DNA of 64,000 bases from an uncultured Desulfarculaceae bacterium (GCA_964414345.1 CAYPWF010000009.1:5321-69320), one strand, 5' to 3'. Numbered from the stretch's first letter, positions 29,220 through 40,202 are shown. A program made the numbers and translations. The notes: generated by a model from the sequence alone, not told the origin.

Positions 29220-30509
29220 TTATTTTTCCAAACGAAGATGCACAGAGTTGGCGTGAGCAAAAAGGCCTTCCAGCCTGGCCATTCGCAGAGCGTGAGGTCC
29301 AAGAAGGTTCATGCCGGCCTGGGAGATGCCCACTATGCTCGTTCGTTTCAAGAAATCCTCGACTCCAAGAGGGGATGAGAACCTGGCCGTGCCCCCTGTG
29401 GGCAACACGTGGCTCGGACCTGCCAGATAGTCTCCCATGGCCTCCGGGGAGCCTGCCCCCAGGAAAACCGCCCCTGCGTTTTTAACCATGCAAAGCCAAT
29501 CCAGCGGCCTTTCCACCAAAAGCTCCAGATGTTCAGGGGCCACCTCGGCCGCCACCGCAAAAGCCTCTTCCATGTCCCGGCAAACCAATATGGCTCCGTA
29601 ATTCTCCAGGGAACACCTCGCTATGCTCTCACGCGGGCTCTGTGCAAGTTGGATCTCCAAGCTTGCCTCCACCTCCTCTGCATAGCCCCCCGAGGGTGTC
29701 ACCAGCAAGGCCGAGGCCGATTCATCATGCTCTGCTTGGGAGAGCATGTCCGCAGCCGCCAGCTCTGCCCGTACGGTGCCATCTGCCAGGATAAGCACCT
29801 CACTGGGCCCTGCCAGCATGTCTATGTCCACCTCCCCGAAAAGCATCCGCTTTGCCTCTGTAACATACGCATTTCCAGGCCCTACTATCTTATCCACCCT
29901 AGGGATCTCTCCTACTCCATATGCCATGGCCCCAACGGCCTGCGGCCCGCCCAGCCTAAAGACCCGATCCACCCCGGCTATTCTGGCGGCTGCCAGAACT
30001 GCAGGGCTGGGGTTACTCCAAGCAAGGGGGGAACACATAATCACTTCCTTGACTCCTGCCACCCGGGCAGGAATGGCTGTCATGAGCACTGAGGAGGGGT
30101 ATTGAGCCTTCCCCCCAGGAACGTAGATACCCACCCTCTCCAGGGGCTGTACCAACTGTCCAAGCAGACAGCCTTGTGAATCCACCGTGAGCCATGATCT
30201 GAGCAAACAGTGGAGGTGGAACTCCCTGATCCTCTCGGCAGCAATCTCCAGAGCCCTTCTTTCTTCTTCAGGGAGAAGCCCTTGGGCCCTATCCCACTCT
30301 TCGGCATGCACCTCCAGGCTTTCCGCTTGCTCGGGCATTCCATCCAGAAGGCGAACCCAACTCAGAAGTCTTTCCTTTCCTCCAAGACGCAGGCTCTCCA
30401 GGATCTCTTGCACCCTAAGGCCCACCTCCCTATCCCTGGAGCCTCCCCTTTGCCGCAAGCTCTTCAAGAATTCTTCCCAAGAAAGATCCTTGCTACTGAT
30501 ACGCCTCAT
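29220..30509 (-). CDS. hisD: Histidinol dehydrogenase
   Basis: GIYVPGGKAQYPSSVLM, KIVGPGNAYV, IDMLAGPSEV, QAEHD, APEHLEL, GPSHVLPT. Confidence 0.97.
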   Translation of the reverse strand: MRRISSKDLSWEEFLKSLRQRGGSRDREVGLRVQEILESLRLGGKERLLSWVRLLDGMPEQAESLEVHAEEWDRAQGLLPEEERRALEIAAERIREFHLHCLLRSWLTVDSQGCLLGQLVQPLERVGIYVPGGKAQYPSSVLMTAIPARVAGVKEVIMCSPLAWSNPSPAVLAAARIAGVDRVFRLGGPQAVGAMAYGVGEIPRVDKIVGPGNAYVTEAKRMLFGEVDIDMLAGPSEVLILADGTVRAELAAADMLSQAEHDESASALLVTPSGGYAEEVEASLEIQLAQSPRESIARCSLENYGAILVCRDMEEAFAVAAEVAPEHLELLVERPLDWLCMVKNAGAVFLGAGSPEAMGDYLAGPSHVLPTGGTARFSSPLGVEDFLKRTSIVGISQAGMNLLGPHALRMARLEGLFAHANSVHLRLEK

Positions 30510-31888
30510 GTGCTCTCCTCAACAGACTGCTCCGGGCCCGCATTAGACCTGCGACCCGGTATCTGGATGGAGTATTTCCTTATCTTGTAATGGAGCACTC
30601 TTCTTGAGACCCCCAAGAGTTTTGCTGCGTCTTTTTGAATCCAGTTGGCCCGTTCCAGGGCCTCCATGATCAGCTTCCTCTCGCCTCCTTCCAGGGAGAG
30701 AGGGGGCTTTTTTGTAACTTCAGGAAGCCCTGCGCCACTTTGGATCACTCCCGCTGCTGAAAGGTCCTTAACAGTCAAAAGCCCGCCTCTGCAAACCACT
30801 ACACCCGCCTCCAGGGTATTGCGAAGCTCGCGGACATTCCCAGGCCATGGATATGCAAGCAACCATTCCATAGTCTCCCTGGGGATGGAAACCCGGGTCT
30901 TGCCATGCTTTTGGCAGAATCGCTCCACAAAACGCTCGGCCAACTCCGGGATGTCCTCGGGCCTATCCCTCAGGGGGGGCACCCTGAGAATTACCACCCT
31001 GAGACGATAGTACAGATCTTCCCTGAAGCGTCCTTCCTCAACCTCTCGGGCCAGATCCACGTTGGTGGCTGCAATCACCCTGCAGTCCACCGAAACCTCT
31101 CTTATGTCTCCTATCCTACGAATCTTTCTTTCTTCCAGGAAACGCAAGAGCCGCACTTGCATCTCTTGGGAGATGTTCCCAATTTCATCCAAAAACAAAG
31201 TCCCGCCGTTGGCGGCTTCTATCAGTCCCTTCCTATCCCTGATGGCATGGGTGAAGGAGCCGCGAACATGCCCGAACAGCTCGCTTTCTAGTAGGCTGGC
31301 CGGAGTGGACCCGCAGTCCACCACCACAAAGGGGCCTTGGGATCTGGGGCTTTGTTTATGGATGAACTTGGCCACAAGTTCCTTGCCCACGCCGCTTTCC
31401 CCTAAGATGAGAAGACTGACATCTGTACGACTCACCCTCTCCATCAAGGACCAAAGCTCCCTCATGGCAGCACTACTGCCGATCCAAAACTCCTCCGGCC
31501 CCTCTGAAGAACCTGGAGTCTTGGAGTGATCACCCAGCGCTGCATCTATGGTCCTGAGAAGTTGTCTGCCGTCAAAGGGCTTGGTCAGATACTCAACAGC
31601 CCCTGCCTTTATGGCTCTGACCGCATCAGGGATGGTTCCATATGCGGTCAAAAGAATCACTGGGAGATCCGGGCAGACCTTCCTTAGTGCCTCCAGGAGT
31701 TCCATGCCCCCCATTCCAGGCATTCTCACATCGGTTATGACAAGATCCACTTTCCTTCGCTTGAGTAACTCAAGAGCCGAAGACGCCGAAGAGCTCTGCA
31801 AGGTCTCATGCCCTGCAGCACCCAGGCGAGCCTCAAGCACTTCCAGTATGTGCGGATCGTCGTCCACAAGCAGAATAACGCTGCCCAT
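30506..31888 (-). CDS. NtrC-family sigma54-dependent response regulator (GlrR/QseF-like)
   Basis: Receiver (LVDDD, ITD), AAA+ (GESGVGKE, ESELFGH, LFLDEI, DLYYRL, WPGNVREL), Fis-type HTH; GAFTGA loop reads GSFTHA. Confidence 0.93.
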   Translation of the reverse strand: MGSVILLVDDDPHILEVLEARLGAAGHETLQSSSASSALELLKRRKVDLVITDVRMPGMGGMELLEALRKVCPDLPVILLTAYGTIPDAVRAIKAGAVEYLTKPFDGRQLLRTIDAALGDHSKTPGSSEGPEEFWIGSSAAMRELWSLMERVSRTDVSLLILGESGVGKELVAKFIHKQSPRSQGPFVVVDCGSTPASLLESELFGHVRGSFTHAIRDRKGLIEAANGGTLFLDEIGNISQEMQVRLLRFLEERKIRRIGDIREVSVDCRVIAATNVDLAREVEEGRFREDLYYRLRVVILRVPPLRDRPEDIPELAERFVERFCQKHGKTRVSIPRETMEWLLAYPWPGNVRELRNTLEAGVVVCRGGLLTVKDLSAAGVIQSGAGLPEVTKKPPLSLEGGERKLIMEALERANWIQKDAAKLLGVSRRVLHYKIRKYSIQIPGRRSNAGPEQSVEEST

Positions 31889-32086
31889 GTTCAGAATTCT
31901 CTCCAGCTTCCTGAGCTCGGATTACTCTTTCTTCCCGCTCGTTCTGTGGGCTATACCCCTCAAACTTCCAAATCCCAAGAGCTTTAAGCCCTCTTGAGCT
32001 TTGCTAGGTTGCCAACACAGCCCCTTCCTGCATTAGGCGAGCCGCCCGACAATGGGCTTTCCCTATCCTCGCATTTGAGTTGAGGG

Positions 32087-32749
32087 CTAAGGGCCAGCAG
32101 CACCCTTTTTCTTTTTCTCGATGTCGCGATGTATGTTCTCCAAGGCCTCTATCTGCTCCCGCAGCCTCTCTATCTCTTCGTCGCGCAACCTTATCTCCTC
32201 TTCCTTCTGACGTATTTCCTCTTCCTTTGAGGAGGCCTGCTTGCCTGATGAGGCGGGAGGTGGGGAGGGCCTTCTGCTTTTTGTCTCCCCGGATGGAGCC
32301 CAACTCACAAGTTTTCTCAAGATCTGGGTGAGCATCCTAGGGTCTTCATTTCCAAACTCCCCGCTTACCCGCTCCTGCCACTTTTCCCACAAGGCTAAAG
32401 CCTCTTGAAAAGAGTTCTTGTCCGTAGCCATTGCCAAACGACTGCATGCCAGCCCGTACAAGGCCTTTCTCTTTCCCTCTTCAGATGAGAGACTTTCGCT
32501 CAAAAAGCTAAAAATCTCAGCGGCTCTGGACAAATCCCCCTGCTGGAAAGCAATGGCCCCTGTCTCCAAAGAGGGAATTGAAGCGGCTGACTTACGACTT
32601 TCCTCTACCACACTTTTTACTGTGCGGACCTCGGAGGGCTCCAAAGTCTCCGAGACAAACACACAGCTTGTCCAAGAAAACAGTGCGCTGGAAAGAACTC
32701 CGCACAACCATACCCACTTGATCAACCCTCTTGGCTCTCTGTGGATCAT
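32087..32749 (-). CDS. Putative lipoprotein with C-terminal coiled coil (QseG/YfhG-like)
   Basis: Signal peptide ending WTSC, helical TPR-like core, tail LREQIEALENIHRDI; lies between the kinase and regulator. Confidence 0.7.
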   Translation of the reverse strand: MIHREPRGLIKWVWLCGVLSSALFSWTSCVFVSETLEPSEVRTVKSVVEESRKSAASIPSLETGAIAFQQGDLSRAAEIFSFLSESLSSEEGKRKALYGLACSRLAMATDKNSFQEALALWEKWQERVSGEFGNEDPRMLTQILRKLVSWAPSGETKSRRPSPPPASSGKQASSKEEEIRQKEEEIRLRDEEIERLREQIEALENIHRDIEKKKKGAAGP

Positions 32750-32755
32750 CCCCCC

Positions 32756-34183
32756 TCACCTTGCCCGCGGGACCGTGAAATAAAAACAACTGCCTTCTCC
32801 TGGCCTGCTCTTAAGGCCCATGCTTCCGCCATGGGCCTCCACTATGTGTCTGGAGATACTGAGCCCCAATCCCATACCCTCCTGAACCCCTGGCCCACCG
32901 GCGATGCGGTAATACTTCTGAAAAACCATGGACTGCTCCTCCTCAGGAATGCCTGGGCCCTTGTCCTCCACACTGAAATGAACCCAGCGACCCTCCCCAT
33001 CCATCTGGGCCTTGATCAAGACCTCCTGACCTGCCGGAGAGAATTTAACGGCATTGGCCAACAGATTCAGTATCACCTGTTGAAGCTGTGCCTCGTCGGC
33101 CAGAACCGGAGGCAATCCCGGAGTCACAACCGCTCTGATCTTGACGCCGGCAGGCTCTGCCAAAGGTTGTGCTTTCCTAAGGCAGCCCCCTATGAGGCGA
33201 GTCACATCCACCGGCCTCTGTTTCAGTTCCACCTTTCCGGCTTCCATACGCGAGACGCGCATGAGCTGTGTCAGGAGTTCCGTAACCCGGCCCATTTCCT
33301 CTCTGGCGATGCGTAATAAACGCTTTTGCCTCTCATTTATGGAACCCGCCACCTCTTCTTCCACCAAATTCACCGACTCGGCTATGGAGGTCAAAGGGGT
33401 CCTTATCTCATGGCTTAGCATTGCAATAAAATCAGAGCGCATCCTCTCTTCTTGCCTGAGTCGGTCAGCCATTTCGTTGAATGCACAAGCCACCTCCCCC
33501 AGTTCATCCCTTGAGCTGACTTCAAGGGACTCAATGGGCCCGGTATGCAGAACCGAGCGTATACCCCTTTTCAAAGCCTTCAAAGGGCGACTCACCGAGT
33601 AGGTAAGAAGGATCAGTCCCACCAGCCCTGCCGCAGCAGAACCCACCACTCCAATGAGCCCCCACCTTTGGGCAGCCATGTTGGAGGCCTGCAGCTCACG
33701 CAACTCCAGCTCCATTTTCAGCTGGTTCTCTGTCCTGGCCTCCGTGATCTTGCTCATCAGAGCCCCTGCCAGCTCTTCCGGAAGCCAGCTTTCCCCATTG
33801 CGAAGACTCTCACGGAAGGCTGCCACTCCAAGGGATACTCTGTTGAAATCACCCCTTAGGGAATCCCAATCACCTTTCTCACCCAACTCAGCCTGAATTG
33901 ATTCCAATTCTTCCAAGGCCTTCAGAAAAGAATGCCTGGAGTCCTCAAAGAGTTTCGCATACTCCTGCTTTTTCAGGAGCCTGTATTTCTTCTCATTCTC
34001 CTCCATGGAAAGCAGGCTCTCCAGAAGCCTACCACAGAGGGAGTGAACCCGATATCTAGCATTAACTATCCGGTCAGTGGCCTTTCCTGCCCTGTGAAGC
34101 TGAAAAAAAAGCACTCCCACCGTTACATAAAAAACGGTCAGCAGGATCAAGTACCATAGCAGGAACCTGCCGCGGATGCTCAT
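32756..34183 (-). CDS. HAMP-domain sensor histidine kinase (GlrK/QseE-like)
   Basis: Two TM segments, HAMP (DELGEVACAFNEMA), H-box SHEIRTPL, N-box NLLANAVKF, DKGPGI, GMGLGL. Confidence 0.93.
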   Translation of the reverse strand: MSIRGRFLLWYLILLTVFYVTVGVLFFQLHRAGKATDRIVNARYRVHSLCGRLLESLLSMEENEKKYRLLKKQEYAKLFEDSRHSFLKALEELESIQAELGEKGDWDSLRGDFNRVSLGVAAFRESLRNGESWLPEELAGALMSKITEARTENQLKMELELRELQASNMAAQRWGLIGVVGSAAAGLVGLILLTYSVSRPLKALKRGIRSVLHTGPIESLEVSSRDELGEVACAFNEMADRLRQEERMRSDFIAMLSHEIRTPLTSIAESVNLVEEEVAGSINERQKRLLRIAREEMGRVTELLTQLMRVSRMEAGKVELKQRPVDVTRLIGGCLRKAQPLAEPAGVKIRAVVTPGLPPVLADEAQLQQVILNLLANAVKFSPAGQEVLIKAQMDGEGRWVHFSVEDKGPGIPEEEQSMVFQKYYRIAGGPGVQEGMGLGLSISRHIVEAHGGSMGLKSRPGEGSCFYFTVPRAR

Positions 34184-34361
34184 GGAAGGAGCCGCTATCT
34201 CCTCTTGGGGTCAGACTTAACCCCCATTATTGCCCTAAAAGGGATTGGCGCGGGGGCTGCACCCCCCCCCACCCGGCATATTTGGCCACATTCTGGCTCA
34301 GCCGCTGGTGGGACCTGGAACGCAAACTCAGAGTGTCTTGGACCATGAGTCATGGAATCCC

Positions 34362-34370
34362 ATTATATCA
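34362..34370 (-). promoter_or_regulatory. Extended -10 promoter element upstream of the kinase operon
   Basis: TGATATAAT on the minus strand. Confidence 0.4.
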
Positions 34371-34423
34371 ACAGGTTAGCCTGCATTGAGCATTCCCCTT
34401 GAAAAATGCAATTTGGCCGCTTC

Positions 34424-35677
34424 TCAACTTTGAACCCTGCAAATATCAGCACCTAGAGCAGAAAGTTTTTGCTCCAAGCGCTCATAACCGCGGTCCAAAT
34501 GGTAAACCCTTGAGATCTCGGTGGTTCCCTCGGCGGCCAAGCCGGCCAGGATCAAAGAGGCGCTTGCCCTCAGGTCTGTAGCCATTACTGGAGCTCCTTT
34601 GAGACGAGCAACACCCTTTACCACTGCGTTGGCCCCCTGCAGCTGGATTTGCGCCCCCATCCTGCGCAGCTCCGCCACATGCATGAATCTGTCCTCAAAT
34701 ACGGTCTCTGTGATGACACTGGTTCCCCTGGCCAGAGCCAGCAAGGCCATGATCTGAGCCTGCATGTCTGTGGGAAACCCAGGATAAGGTCTTGTCTTTA
34801 CATCCACTGCCTCCGGCCTACCCTTGGCCGAAACCAGCACCAAATCCTTCTTTACCGCAAAATGTACTCCACTCTCTTTAAGTTTACCCACAACAGCTTC
34901 CATACTGGAAAGAGGGCACTCCCTCAAAAAGACCTCCCCCCTGGTTATGGCTGCGGCCACCATGAAGGTGCCTGCTTCTATTCTATCCGGACCCACTCGG
35001 TGATCCATGGGGCCCAGTTCCTCCACTCCCTGAATTAGGATCTGATCAGTACCTGCTCCCTGGATCTTGGCGCCCATGCGGTTTAGGGCCTGAGCCAGTT
35101 CCACCACTTCTGGCTCGCACGCGGCATTGCGAAGCAAGGTTTCTCCGCGGGCAAGGGAGGCCGCCATCATAAGATTTTCCGTCCCGGTCACAGTTGGAAG
35201 ATCAAAGCAAAAAGAGGTGCCTTGCAGTCCTTTGCTCCTGGAGTATACATAGCCGTGTCTTAGTTCAATTCGGGCCCCTAGGGCTTCCAGCCCCTTGAGG
35301 TGCTGGTCTATGGGCCTTGTCCCAATGGCGCAACCTCCTGGTAGAGAAACGATTGCCCTACCGGTGCGGGCCAAAAGGGGCCCCAAGACCAACACCGAGG
35401 CCCTCATGGTCTTAACCAGCTCATAGGGTGCCTTGCAGCTGCGAATCCTCTCGGCGTTTACTAAAACCTCCTCACCGCTGATCTCCACCTCAGGCCCGAG
35501 CTGTTCTATCAAAGACTTGAAGGTGTCAATATCCCGAAGTCTGGGTACATTGGTGAGCCGATGAGGTCCTGGGCTAAGAAGAGTGGCTGCCAGCAAGGGA
35601 AGTGCCGCGTTTTTCGCTCCGCTTATGCGCACTTCCCCCTGCAATGCTCTTCCCCCTCTTATAAGAATGCGGAACAT
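34424..35677 (-). CDS. murA: UDP-N-acetylglucosamine 1-carboxyvinyltransferase
   Basis: [55 protein letters not shown]; start at MFRILIRGG. Confidence 0.97.
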   Translation of the reverse strand: MFRILIRGGRALQGEVRISGAKNAALPLLAATLLSPGPHRLTNVPRLRDIDTFKSLIEQLGPEVEISGEEVLVNAERIRSCKAPYELVKTMRASVLVLGPLLARTGRAIVSLPGGCAIGTRPIDQHLKGLEALGARIELRHGYVYSRSKGLQGTSFCFDLPTVTGTENLMMAASLARGETLLRNAACEPEVVELAQALNRMGAKIQGAGTDQILIQGVEELGPMDHRVGPDRIEAGTFMVAAAITRGEVFLRECPLSSMEAVVGKLKESGVHFAVKKDLVLVSAKGRPEAVDVKTRPYPGFPTDMQAQIMALLALARGTSVITETVFEDRFMHVAELRRMGAQIQLQGANAVVKGVARLKGAPVMATDLRASASLILAGLAAEGTTEISRVYHLDRGYERLEQKLSALGADICRVQS

Positions 35678-35682
35678 TCTCC

Positions 35683-36573
35683 TCACACCTCTCGAGTGAC
35701 AGCCCATAGAGCTCGGAGCCTACCCCCGAGATCTTGGCGCCATCCCCATTTTCCCCATCTGGAGTCTTTGCCTAAGATCTCATCCAGGAGCTCGGACTGT
35801 GCTTCACCAACTTCCATAACCAGCATGCCTCCGGGAACCAGTCTGCAGGGAGCCTGCTCAATAATCCTTCGGATCAGTGCCAGGCCGTCATGGCCCCCAT
35901 CCAAGGCCAAAGCGGGCTCGTAGCAGCGTATTTCGGGCTCCAACTGCTGGATCAAGGCAGTGGGGATATAAGGTGGGTTGGAAATCACCAGCCTGAACCT
36001 GCGCTGATCTGGTTCCAGAGCTTCCCACATATCTCCCTGTAAGAATTTGATCCAGCCTTGCACCCCCAGCTGGCGGGCATTCCACCTTGCCACTTCCAAA
36101 GCTTCCCTGGAGATGTCGGTCGCCCACCATGACACAGAAGCTCCAAGCTCCCTGGCCAGGGCTATGGCAATGGCTCCAGATCCAGTGCCCAGCTCCAAGG
36201 CAGAGATGGGCAAGGACTCTTTTCTGACCGCTTTCTTGAGTTCCTCCAGGGCCACCTCCACAATGGTCTCGGTTTCGGGCCTGGGGATCAATACACTGGG
36301 GCTCACCCTTAAGCTCAAGGACCAGAACTCTTTAGCTCCCAGTATGTAAGCCAGAGGCTCCCTCCTTGCTCTTCGCCGAAGCAGCTCCCGGAAGCGATCC
36401 AGCTCTTGCTTTGTCAAGGGTTGATCAAAACGAAGATATAGCTCCACCCGGCTGCAGCCCAGCACACAGGCCATCAGGAGCTCTGTATCCAGTCTAGGGC
36501 TGGAAACCCCTTTTTTGGCCAGATATGCCGAGGCCTCCCTTATCAGCTCCAGGAGGGTCCAGGAAGGCTTCAT
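35683..36573 (-). CDS. prmC: Release factor glutamine methyltransferase
   Basis: [42 protein letters not shown]. Confidence 0.96.
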   Translation of the reverse strand: MKPSWTLLELIREASAYLAKKGVSSPRLDTELLMACVLGCSRVELYLRFDQPLTKQELDRFRELLRRRARREPLAYILGAKEFWSLSLRVSPSVLIPRPETETIVEVALEELKKAVRKESLPISALELGTGSGAIAIALARELGASVSWWATDISREALEVARWNARQLGVQGWIKFLQGDMWEALEPDQRRFRLVISNPPYIPTALIQQLEPEIRCYEPALALDGGHDGLALIRRIIEQAPCRLVPGGMLVMEVGEAQSELLDEILGKDSRWGKWGWRQDLGGRLRALWAVTREV

Positions 36574-37646
36574 CCCCCACCGGCCCCCTCCCTGAAAGCT
36601 TCCGCCCTTTGGTGGGTTTGAAGAGCGTCTATCAGCTCATCCAAGGCACCATCCAAGATCTCCGGGAGTCGATAAAGGGTAAGGCCTATTCGGTGGTCTG
36701 TAACCCTTCCTTGAGGGAAGTTGTAAGTGCGAATCCGCTCACTTCTGTCTCCCGAGCCCACCTGCATTCGCCTTTGCTCGGAAATCTCTTTTCTTTGTTG
36801 CTCTAAGATGCGGTCCAATAGACGGGCTTTTAGAACCCTTAGGGCCTTGGCCCTGTTCTTGTGTTGGGATTTCTCATCCTGACAAGTGACCACCAGGCCT
36901 GTGGGTATATGGGTGACCCTTACTGCCGAGTCAGTGGTGTTCACACTCTGGCCCCCTGGTCCTGAAGAGCGAAACACATCTACGCGCAGCTCGGCCGGCT
37001 CCAGGTGCACCTCCACATCCTCGGCCTCAGGCAAAATAGCCACGGTCACGGCAGAGGTGTGAATGCGCCCCTGTGACTCGGTAACAGGTACCCTTTGCAC
37101 TCGATGAACTCCGCTTTCATACTTGAGTCTACTGTACACGCCCCGGCCTTCCACCAAGGCTATTATTTCCTTGAGACCGCCCACTCCGGTGGGATGGCTG
37201 TCCACCACATCTACTTTCCAGCCCTGACGCTCGGCATAGCGGCAGTACATCCTGAAGAGGTCGGCAGCGAACAGGGCAGCCTCCTCACCTCCGGTTCCAG
37301 CCCGTATTTCCAGGGACACGTTCTTTTCGTCATGGGGGTCCTTGGGTACAAGCAAACCCCTGAGCCTGACCTCTAGCTCTTGCTGTTTGTGGGCCAGCTG
37401 GGCGACCTCATCCTCTGCCAGGGCTCTCATCTCGGGATCTTTCTCTGTGCGAAGAAGAGCTCTGGCAGCCTTCAGTTGCTCCACCACCCTGTTGTGGGCC
37501 CTGTATGCCTCTACCAAGGGGACCAACTCGGACAGCTCCTTGGCCAGCTTTTGGAACCGGGATGGATCTTTGGCCACCTCAGGATCCCCGAGCTGCTGCT
37601 CAATGGCCCGGTATCTCTGTTCTACAGCAGCCAGTTTCGCCCACAT
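36570..37646 (-). CDS. prfA: Peptide chain release factor 1
   Basis: [20 protein letters not shown] (PxT), [21 protein letters not shown]. Confidence 0.97.
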   Translation of the reverse strand: MWAKLAAVEQRYRAIEQQLGDPEVAKDPSRFQKLAKELSELVPLVEAYRAHNRVVEQLKAARALLRTEKDPEMRALAEDEVAQLAHKQQELEVRLRGLLVPKDPHDEKNVSLEIRAGTGGEEAALFAADLFRMYCRYAERQGWKVDVVDSHPTGVGGLKEIIALVEGRGVYSRLKYESGVHRVQRVPVTESQGRIHTSAVTVAILPEAEDVEVHLEPAELRVDVFRSSGPGGQSVNTTDSAVRVTHIPTGLVVTCQDEKSQHKNRAKALRVLKARLLDRILEQQRKEISEQRRMQVGSGDRSERIRTYNFPQGRVTDHRIGLTLYRLPEILDGALDELIDALQTHQRAEAFREGAGGG

Positions 37647-37735
37647 GTTCTAGGATTCCCTTCGGATACAGAATAGGCTCCCAAGCCCTTGGGGCTGGGG
37701 TCTTGCATCGTACCCTGGGCTCTCTGTTCGGCCCT

Positions 37736-37954
37736 TTATTTGCTGCTGTTCAGATAGCCTTTCCCGAACTTCTTGTGAAACCGTTCCACCCGACCAGCAG
37801 AATCCACCAACTTTTGTTTCCCGGTAAAAAATGGGTGGCACTTGGAGCAGATCTCCACCCTTATCTCCGACTTGGTGCTTCTGGTCTCTATAACATTCCC
37901 ACAAGCGCATGTTATGACGGCCTTGTCATACTTTGGATGAATTCCCTTCTTCAT
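37736..37954 (-). CDS. rpmE: 50S ribosomal protein L31 (zinc-binding type)
   Basis: [32 protein letters not shown]. Confidence 0.96.
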   Translation of the reverse strand: MKKGIHPKYDKAVITCACGNVIETRSTKSEIRVEICSKCHPFFTGKQKLVDSAGRVERFHKKFGKGYLNSSK

Positions 37955-38174
37955 GGGTTTCTCCTTTCCAGTCTCCAAAAAAATTCCCAGGACTCTCTCA
38001 TCCTTCTCCTCAATCACCCTCTGCCCGCTTGTCTCAAACTCCTCTTAAAGCTCAAATCTTCCAGCTCCACGCTGTTAAGATTGCCCAACTATAAGTTTTG
38101 CCCCTGGTTTCTCTCCCTTGGGACTCCCCATCATCTCTCTTATGAGACAGGCTAGGATCGCAGCCCTTATCTTA

Positions 38175-39422
38175 TCAGGAGCTCATGGAATCCAGGAATT
38201 CCCTGTTGGTCTTTGTTTTCTGTATCTTGTCCAGCAAGAACTCCATGGCATCAACCGGATTCAGGGGAGAAAGCAGCTTTCTCAGTATCCAGATGCGATT
38301 TAGGTCCTCCTTTGGAAGCAGCAACTCCTCTTTGCGAGTTCCAGACTTGTTGATATCGATGGATGGGAATATCCTTTTGTCTGCCAAACGCCTGTCCAAC
38401 TGGATCTCCATGTTCCCGGTGCCCTTGAATTCTTCAAAAATAACTTCGTCCATTCGGCTTCCGGTGTCTATAAGGGCGGTGGCTATGATGGTCAGGCTGC
38501 CGCCTTCTTCCACATTGCGTGCAGCCCCAAAAAACCTCTTGGGTCTTTGCAGGGCATTGGCGTCCACACCGCCTGAAAGGATCTTTCCGCTGGGCGGGAC
38601 CACGGTGTTGTGAGCCCTTGCCAATCTGGTTATACTGTCCAGCAATATTACCACGTCCTTCTTGTGTTCCACGAGTCTCTTGGCTTTTTCCAGGACCATG
38701 TCCGCCACTTGGACATGGCGCTGAGCCGGCTCGTCAAAAGTGGAGCTTATCACTTCGGCATCCACTGAGCGCATCATATCTGTTACCTCTTCAGGCCTTT
38801 CATCTATCAAAAGGACTATGAGGATTATCTCCTTGTGATTTTGGGTTATGCTGTTGGCGATGTTCTGAAGTAGAATTGTCTTGCCTGTCCGGGGGGCTGC
38901 AACTATCAGTCCTCTTTGCCCTTTTCCGATGGGGCACAGCATGTCCATTATGCGCATTGAAACCTGGTCGTGGCTGGTCTCGAGTTTTATCCGTTCCTGA
39001 GGGTAAAGAGGGGTCAGATTGTCAAAAAGAATCTTGTCCCTGGCAACTTCAGGATCTTCGTAATTAACAGCTTCCACCTTGAGCAAAGCAAAGTATCTTT
39101 CCGAGTCCTTAGGAGGCCTTATCTGACCTGAGACTGTGTCTCCTGTTCTGAGGTTGAATCTACGGATCTGGGAAGGAGACACATAGATGTCGTCAGGCCC
39201 CGGCAGATAGCTGTAATCCGAGGAGCGCAGAAATCCGAATCCATCAGGGAGAATCTCCAACACACCCTCCCCGTAAATAAAACCGTTCTTCTCTGTCTGG
39301 GCTTGCAAGATAGCGAATATCAATTCCTGCTTGCGCATCCCGCTGGCCCCTTCTACCTGCAGCTTTTTGGCTAGATCCAACAACTCCGAAATCCTTTTCT
39401 CCTTTAACTCAACCAGATTCAT
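38175..39422 (-). CDS. rho: Transcription termination factor Rho
   Basis: [61 protein letters not shown]; start at MNLVELK (39455 also possible). Confidence 0.98.
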   Translation of the reverse strand: MNLVELKEKRISELLDLAKKLQVEGASGMRKQELIFAILQAQTEKNGFIYGEGVLEILPDGFGFLRSSDYSYLPGPDDIYVSPSQIRRFNLRTGDTVSGQIRPPKDSERYFALLKVEAVNYEDPEVARDKILFDNLTPLYPQERIKLETSHDQVSMRIMDMLCPIGKGQRGLIVAAPRTGKTILLQNIANSITQNHKEIILIVLLIDERPEEVTDMMRSVDAEVISSTFDEPAQRHVQVADMVLEKAKRLVEHKKDVVILLDSITRLARAHNTVVPPSGKILSGGVDANALQRPKRFFGAARNVEEGGSLTIIATALIDTGSRMDEVIFEEFKGTGNMEIQLDRRLADKRIFPSIDINKSGTRKEELLLPKEDLNRIWILRKLLSPLNPVDAMEFLLDKIQKTKTNREFLDSMSS

Positions 39423-39600
39423 CTTCGCCCTCTTCGATTCTCGGTTTTGGGTCATGTGCCTGTTTCTTCTCCCTGGTTCCTAAAGGGTCATGGGGGTCCC
39501 TTCACACCCCGACCCTAGGCTTCCCCCCCCAGAGGCCCCCTTTTTCACCTTGCAGGGAAGGATTCTATGTTGGGCTCCCGCTCCGGCGGCTTTTAACTTC

Positions 39601-39810
39601 GTAATCGATCCCAGGGTGATGGCGTTTCTCGGAGCGGCTTGGCGGAGGCGCTTTGATTTTCCAGGATTTGGACCTGGGGGAAACCCTCTCGCCCGAAGCC
39701 AAGCTGAGGGCGACCGAGGGAGGGGGCAAGTATCCCCCGGTGGCCAAATCCTTTGGCAAATCAAGCGCCGAAGACTTGAAGCGGAGAGAAATGCCGTCAC
39801 CCCCGTGACC
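39601..39810 (-). repeat. Family-2 long-hairpin repeat, full copy 2, inside the rho leader
   Basis: 190/210 identical to 23461-23670; terminal arms GGGTGATGGCGTTTCTC / GAGAAATGCCGTCACCC. Confidence 0.85.
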
Positions 39811-39992
39811 AGCTTTAACTTCATACCAGGTTCTCCTCCCAGAAAGCTGAAGCTCTCGAGTCCTTCTGCAGAGGCTTCCAAATGGATCTTTGTGGGTGAG
39901 CATCTAACCTGAATGGTGCACTCTCTGGGAGACGAATCCTTAAGAGACGATACTTATCCTACCTTAGGCAGGTTGAATACAAGAACACCTCT

Positions 39993-40021
39993 AAGCTATC
40001 GGATAAGTTCCCGCCTGTCAA
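39993..40021 (-). promoter_or_regulatory. Putative sigma70 promoter of rho
   Basis: TTGACA-N17-TAGCTT on the minus strand. Confidence 0.6.
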
Positions 40022-40202
40022 GAAAAAATAGCACCAGCAACCCCTTATCCGAGCTGCATGGCCGGGTTCATTCCCCAAAAACAACCGCTTTGGAGACCTG
40101 AACTCCTCAGAGGGCAAGTTGGTTCATTTTTTCAACCCACCCCCCCAGGACCTCATGCCGCGCAGCACGGGTACCCAAGCCACCTGATTTTCTCTTCATC
40201 TT

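Noticed and set aside
34245-34261. Possible sigma54 -24/-12 site TTGGCGCGGGGGCTGCA that might drive a GlmY-like sRNA
   Set aside because: Weak match (CTGC, G-run spacer), points antisense into murA, and overlaps a generic GGGGGCTGC..CCCCC hairpin also seen at about 26940.
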